Positions 59,709 through 64,000 of a stretch of DNA of 64,000 nt are shown piece after piece. The stretch lies in assembly GCA_964270895.1 (NCBI GenBank), contig OZ185437.1. One strand, 5' to 3'. Made by a program: the position numbers and the translations under genes. Under the pieces are notes generated by a model. That model was not told where the DNA came from. It saw nothing but the letters and a program-made list of their open reading frames with translations, and did not search any database. Position 1 is the stretch's first letter. Each line of letters opens with the position of its first letter. This stretch comes from Podarcis filfolensis. Taxonomy: Eukaryota.

Positions 59709-59730
59709 TACCACCAAAAGAGTTCCTTGC

Positions 59731-59928
59731 CTGTTGGTATGAAAAATGGGTGGATTCCTATGTGGTTCTCCATCCAAACCATTTCCCTTTCCCTCTTCAG
59801 GTCATATATTTTCAGCTCATTCTTCTGAACCTCAGTGAGTTGCACTACTTGGGAAATTTTCCCACACAAATATTCCAGGCATTTTTCACGAGCCAAAGCA
59901 GCTGAGCCAGCCGAACAGGACATGGTGC
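59731..59928 (-). CDS. MDN1: MDN1 exon w6 (GC donor)
   Basis: TMSCSAGSAALAREKCL...GIHPFFIPT; TAG acceptor, donor G|GCAAGG. Confidence 0.92.
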
Positions 59929-60220
59929 CTACATAGGGGGTAGAGGGAAGAAGAGATCATAGTTATATGTCAATGGTGGAAATGAACATATAGTTAACAG
60001 TAAGATATGGCCAAAATCTGTAGACAGGTTGTAATGCACACTCTGTAGCACAAACACTATACGTTGCTTGCATGCGTCTTGAGACTGTTTACTATTTTTG
60101 TTCCAAAATGACAAACTTGCTTTAAACCCTTGTGTAGTTCTCATCCAGGGGTTGAGGGACCCACTCCCCAATAAACGATCTGAACTATTCAGAGATAAAG
60201 CAAAGAAACTGAAGACATAC

Positions 60221-60454
60221 CTGAACCTATTCCATCTATGTACACCAGACATGCAGCATGGACAAATGTTGTCACTGGACAGACGCTAAAAAGCTGGTGC
60301 TCCTCTGAAGAACTGGATAGTTTGTCTTGCGCCATAGCATTCATGAAGCTGACCCACGACAAAACATCCCGGATGCTGAGGATACAGTGGTGTCCAAATT
60401 CTTGATTGGTCAGCCACTCTATGAAATCCATCATGAGCCCTGCAATATCTGCCC
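60221..60454 (-). CDS. MDN1: MDN1 exon w5
   Basis: ADIAGLMMDFIEWL...SIRDVLSW...VYIDGIGS; CAG/GTATGT. Confidence 0.95.
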
Positions 60455-62051
60455 CTGGGAAAGGTGATTAGATGGAGAGAAGAGAAAAAATACATAAGAC
60501 ACAGACCTGAAACAGAATATGTTTTGCAGTAATTCACAATGACCCACAAGGGATGCAGAGGCCCCTGTACATAATTTTTGCAAGATAACTGAATAGAAGT
60601 GCTTAAATGTTTTTACATAAATATTTGCAAAAGTAGAAAGGGTTGAATGCTTTAAAAAAACAACAACATCCACAAGTAAATCAGCAGATGCAAAATTCAA
60701 AACATGCTTTGATCCTGCAACTTTATTGGTCTCTTTGTCCACAGTGACTGAACTTTGGCCCAGACCACTACTTTAAGCCTAAGAGGACAAACATTCATCT
60801 TAATGCAGAGAATATAGCCAAGGATAGAAAAAATAAGAGTGTATGTTTCATCAGCACTACCTATTTTTTCATCCTTCATTTAAAACCTTGGATAATAAAG
60901 AACCTAGGTCAGACCTGTATAACATGCACATATATTTGGACTAGAACAATCCTTAGATGTTCAATTTGCAAGAGCTTTTTCCGACAGCAACTTACAGCTG
61001 TGTTCAAATGAGGTCTCTGGTGACAATATGCATAGCAACCTCTGCCTATACCACAGAATCTAGTCACTGAATTCCAAACTTGTTTTTATCCCTTTCAACG
61101 TACTAAGAGCTCGAACTGTTCTTCCTTAAATCACTGTCCAGGCAATGATAAAATTTAAGCAAAAGGAAACTGATTTTGCACTTAAAATGACCCCAGTATT
61201 ATGCAAATATATTTCAATTCCACAATCTAGGTTTATCAAGTATAGAATTTGGAACATACAGCATCTGAAACATACTCAAAGGTAGGCACTCCTATATTCA
61301 ATTTGTCATACTGCCAAATAAACATGCATTGGACTAAATCTCAAGTGAAAAATTGCAGTGTCGCAAGATCACACCTGTTTGCAATTTCTGTTATCTGCTA
61401 GTCGCGTCTGAACAACAGGTAAGTGGTACCTTCAGTCTGTGCCATTTGTAGCAGGAGTCCCATGGGACTTCTCCACAGGAATATTATTCAGCTTAGAGAA
61501 AAACCTATGGGCAGCGTTTAAGAGAGTGAGACTATTTCAGAACCGCCTGAACTAACTTCTTAGCTTTTAGAATCTGAGAGAAGCTGACTTGCAAGAACAG
61601 AAGGTCTTTTAGAAGGAAACCCCACAGGGACACAGAAACGGAGGAGTGCAGGCTGGTTACTAGGGAGAAAGGTACTCAGAAGTGATTGCAGACGTTTTTC
61701 AGCAAGAAAACCACTTCACTGGTTTTGAAACTGCTTTAGCAGTTTCATAAAAGTCTCTTTTGACTGTTAACATCTTTTCTGTTCTTTCTTTTTTCTACTC
61801 TCTTCCTGGCCTACAAAGGATGGAAAATCCTGCCTGAATGTGATTAAACCAGCAGAGCATGGCAGCCCTAAAACTCACTAGAGTAAGAAGAGAAAGCTTT
61901 AAGGAAGAGGGGAGAGGTGCTTCTTAATCTGGCCAACACTGGCATGTGACCCTCGTGCTGAAAAGGTCTCCCATTACTGATATAAGCAGAGGGACACCCA
62001 GAGAGAATAAGTAGGTGATGGAGTTGGTGAACAAATACCTCTGATATTTAC

Positions 62052-62181
62052 CTTTGTCATTCTGTTTGGCAAAGCAGAGTCCTGGATGAAGATTATGGTT
62101 TACAATTTGCATTAAATCCATACGGTTGTTACTTTGCGGACACCATATTTCTGTAAATCTATTACGCAAGGCAGGCGACAG
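62052..62181 (-). CDS. MDN1: MDN1 exon w4 (D4 arginine finger)
   Basis: LSPALRNRFTEIWCPQ...AKQNDK; TAG/GTAAAT. Confidence 0.96.
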
Positions 62182-63262
62182 CTATGGGCAAGAAAATATT
62201 AAGTGCAGTTATTATGAAGGGAACTGCTCAGAGGAAAATTTAAGAATTCTCAAAGAGGGTTACTGGGATAAAAAGAGAAAACAGAAGAATTATAAAACGA
62301 GGGGAAACATATTGCTATAAATAATGTGTAGGAGAGTATCAAAAAGCACAATAGGTTAGAATAGTGTGTGTCAAAGAACAAAACTGCATAAAAATGAGTT
62401 TTACTTTTTTAAAATGAATGTTTTATTAGACATAATTTATCCTTAGAAAAACGATTTACTCATACAAACATACTTGCAGCTTAATAGTCTTGATATTTTA
62501 TGACATTCTCAGAGGAGAATGACATTAATTCCTGCCCCTGAAATTCCTAATAGTCTTATAATATGATCTACTACAGGATCCCAAACCAACCCACACTTCC
62601 TTTATGCTGCATTTTCTTCATCATTGCTAATTTTATTAACCTCAACCATTTCCACATTTTTCCAATTAATTCTATCTATCTAGGAAATAACACATTTACT
62701 CGGCTCCAACAATCAAACAAGCAACAATCAAATTAGCTGTCAGAGCTCCATGTGGAGCTAGGTCGGGGCAGGGAATGTTTTTTCAGTCTGATGGCCACCT
62801 TCCCCAGCAAAGGATCACTATGTGGTGAAACAAATGAGATATGAATTTATACTGAAACAGCTTTTCCTAACCGTTTAATATTATTTTAGTACTCTACTCC
62901 TTGAAATGTAACCTACTTGATTTGAAAGGCCTGGTAGTAAGAGCTTTCCTGTCTCTTCCTCCCTGTGGTAATTAGGTCATAAATAAAAGAACTGGGAGTG
63001 CGAATGTGTGTGGTCTTTCTTACAGATAAGGGCATGGGGCTCCCAAGCAGCTGTAGCCTGCGAAGGACACCCATGTGATAAGGAAAATGTAACTATCAAA
63101 GAGCCTGGGGTCCCAGAAAGGTAGGATGTGGGACTGGTTGCAATGCCTTACAAGCTTCTAGAAAAACCCTAAGACCAAGTTGGCATAAGCATTTTTTTCA
63201 TTCCTAAAACTACAGGTAATTGAAAGTGGCAGCCAGCACAGAACGGCATTTTCTTACATTAC

Positions 63263-63398
63263 CTCTTTCTTCCCAAAGTCGCCGCCAGGATTCATTGTGG
63301 CTAAAATGCAAAACTTCTTTCCTGCAGTCAGCAGTTCTACTTCATTGTCCTCACTGGCTTTTTCAGCCAACACTAGCGTCTTTTCAGTTTCAAGGACG
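63263..63398 (-). CDS. MDN1: MDN1 exon w3 (D4)
   Basis: VLETEKTLVLAEK...ILATMNPGGDFGKKE; CAG/GTAATG. Confidence 0.96.
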
Positions 63399-63619
63399 CT
63401 GAAATAAAACCAATTCTCAATATTTGCTCTCGTTAAATTTCCAAATATCCATACAAAACACTAGAGACTTGCCTAATCGACAGAAGCTTTGCAACTCTTG
63501 TTGTTAAGAGCAGCAAGAATCAGAAGAAGCCAGGGAAAAGTTAAGATTTATCCAATTTGCATTTGTGAATGACACGCCAAGACAACAGACTAAAAAATGC
63601 CCAGTTTTCAAGTACATAC

Positions 63620-63747
63620 CTATTTAGTCTTTCAAGAACAGAATCATCTGCCAATGAAATCTCATCCATGAGAAAAAAGCCATCCTCTCTCATTGCTAAG
63701 ACAAGGGCTCCATCATGCCATTCAAACAGCCTAGAACCATCGAACTC
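63620..63747 (-). CDS. MDN1: MDN1 exon w2 (D4 Walker B)
   Basis: EFDGSRLFEWHDGALVLAMREDGFFLMDEISLADDSVLERLN; CAG/GTATGT. Confidence 0.96.
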
Positions 63748-63780
63748 CTGTTTGAAAGAAAAGGGGAAAGTCTGATCAAG

Positions 63781-63813
63781 TGTGTGTGTGCATACATACA
63801 TACATACATACAT
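63781..63813. repeat. (TG)n(CATA)n microsatellite
   Basis: Direct reading. Confidence 0.9.
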
Positions 63814-63884
63814 ATATTTACAGACACGCACTTGGTGGATTTTTCAAGCTCTCAATTATATCAGGCACCATAATGCCAACTTAC

Positions 63885-64000
63885 CTCATCCTTTGATCTC
63901 TGTCTAACAGGTCGCAGTCCACCCAGGAAGTCAGAGGTCTCCATGTGCAAGTGACAGTTCACAGAATGTAATTTCCGACCAGCCAATGCTGCAAATATCT
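63885..64000 (-). CDS. MDN1: MDN1 exon w1 (partial; AAA D4)
   Basis: IFAALAGRKLHSVNCHLHMETSDFLGGLRPVRQRSKDE; donor GTAAGT; runs off window. Confidence 0.95.

Larger units (their letters stand above)
1486..64000 (-). other. MDN1: MDN1 (midasin AAA ATPase 1) gene body, 5'-truncated by window; 73 coding exons, ~4150 aa
   Basis: Spliced translation matches vertebrate midasin as I recall it (EGSPGVGKT, WIVLDELNLASQSVLEGLN, GDYRTGKRLN, ALPETLSDALRQWFELV). All 72 introns are GT-AG or GC-AG and phase-consistent. Confidence 0.98.

Noticed and set aside
59547-59828. Plus-strand polyQ ORF
   Set aside because: Artefact of the (CAG)16 microsatellite. The poly-N/L/I ORFs at 17288-17702 and 21925-22149 and the RE/SL ORFs at 18948-19198 are similar artefacts.
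61456-61746. Short palindromes (AGTCCCATGGGACT; GAAACTGCT-tt-AGCAGTTTC)
   Set aside because: Short, isolated and without supporting context. Plausible by chance in 64 kb.
1-64000. Prokaryote-type systems (CRISPR arrays, operons, defence islands, prophage)
   Set aside because: The sequence is a spliced vertebrate gene with squamate repeats. I found no spacer-repeat arrays or intronless gene clusters.

Overview
Eukaryotic (vertebrate) genomic DNA, most likely a lacertid lizard, inferred from two full-length Sauria SINEs and other squamate repeats. Almost the whole window is one minus-strand gene, MDN1 (midasin / Rea1, the AAA-ATPase of 60S ribosome biogenesis). I traced 73 coding exons by hand, numbered w1-w73 in transcript order. 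w1 is cut by the window end and the TAG stop is at 1486-1488. They join in one open frame with every intron phase consistent: 12,455 coding nt, about 4,150 aa. This covers the end of AAA module D4, D5, D6, the helical linker, the D/E-rich tail and the MIDAS/VWA domain. Introns hold L2 LINE 3' fragments, Sauria and other SINEs, Tigger-like and hAT-like MITEs and microsatellites. I found no CRISPR, operon or novel multi-gene system, and most ORF-track entries are exon pieces, antisense shadows or repeat artefacts. The best leads concern RNA processing: two GC-AG introns (one with a (CTG)16 tract just downstream of the donor), an acceptor built from a microsatellite, an inverted L2 pair flanking eight exons (circRNA/editing candidate), and candidate cryptic and alternative terminal exons. 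All were read by eye and none is verified by expression data.
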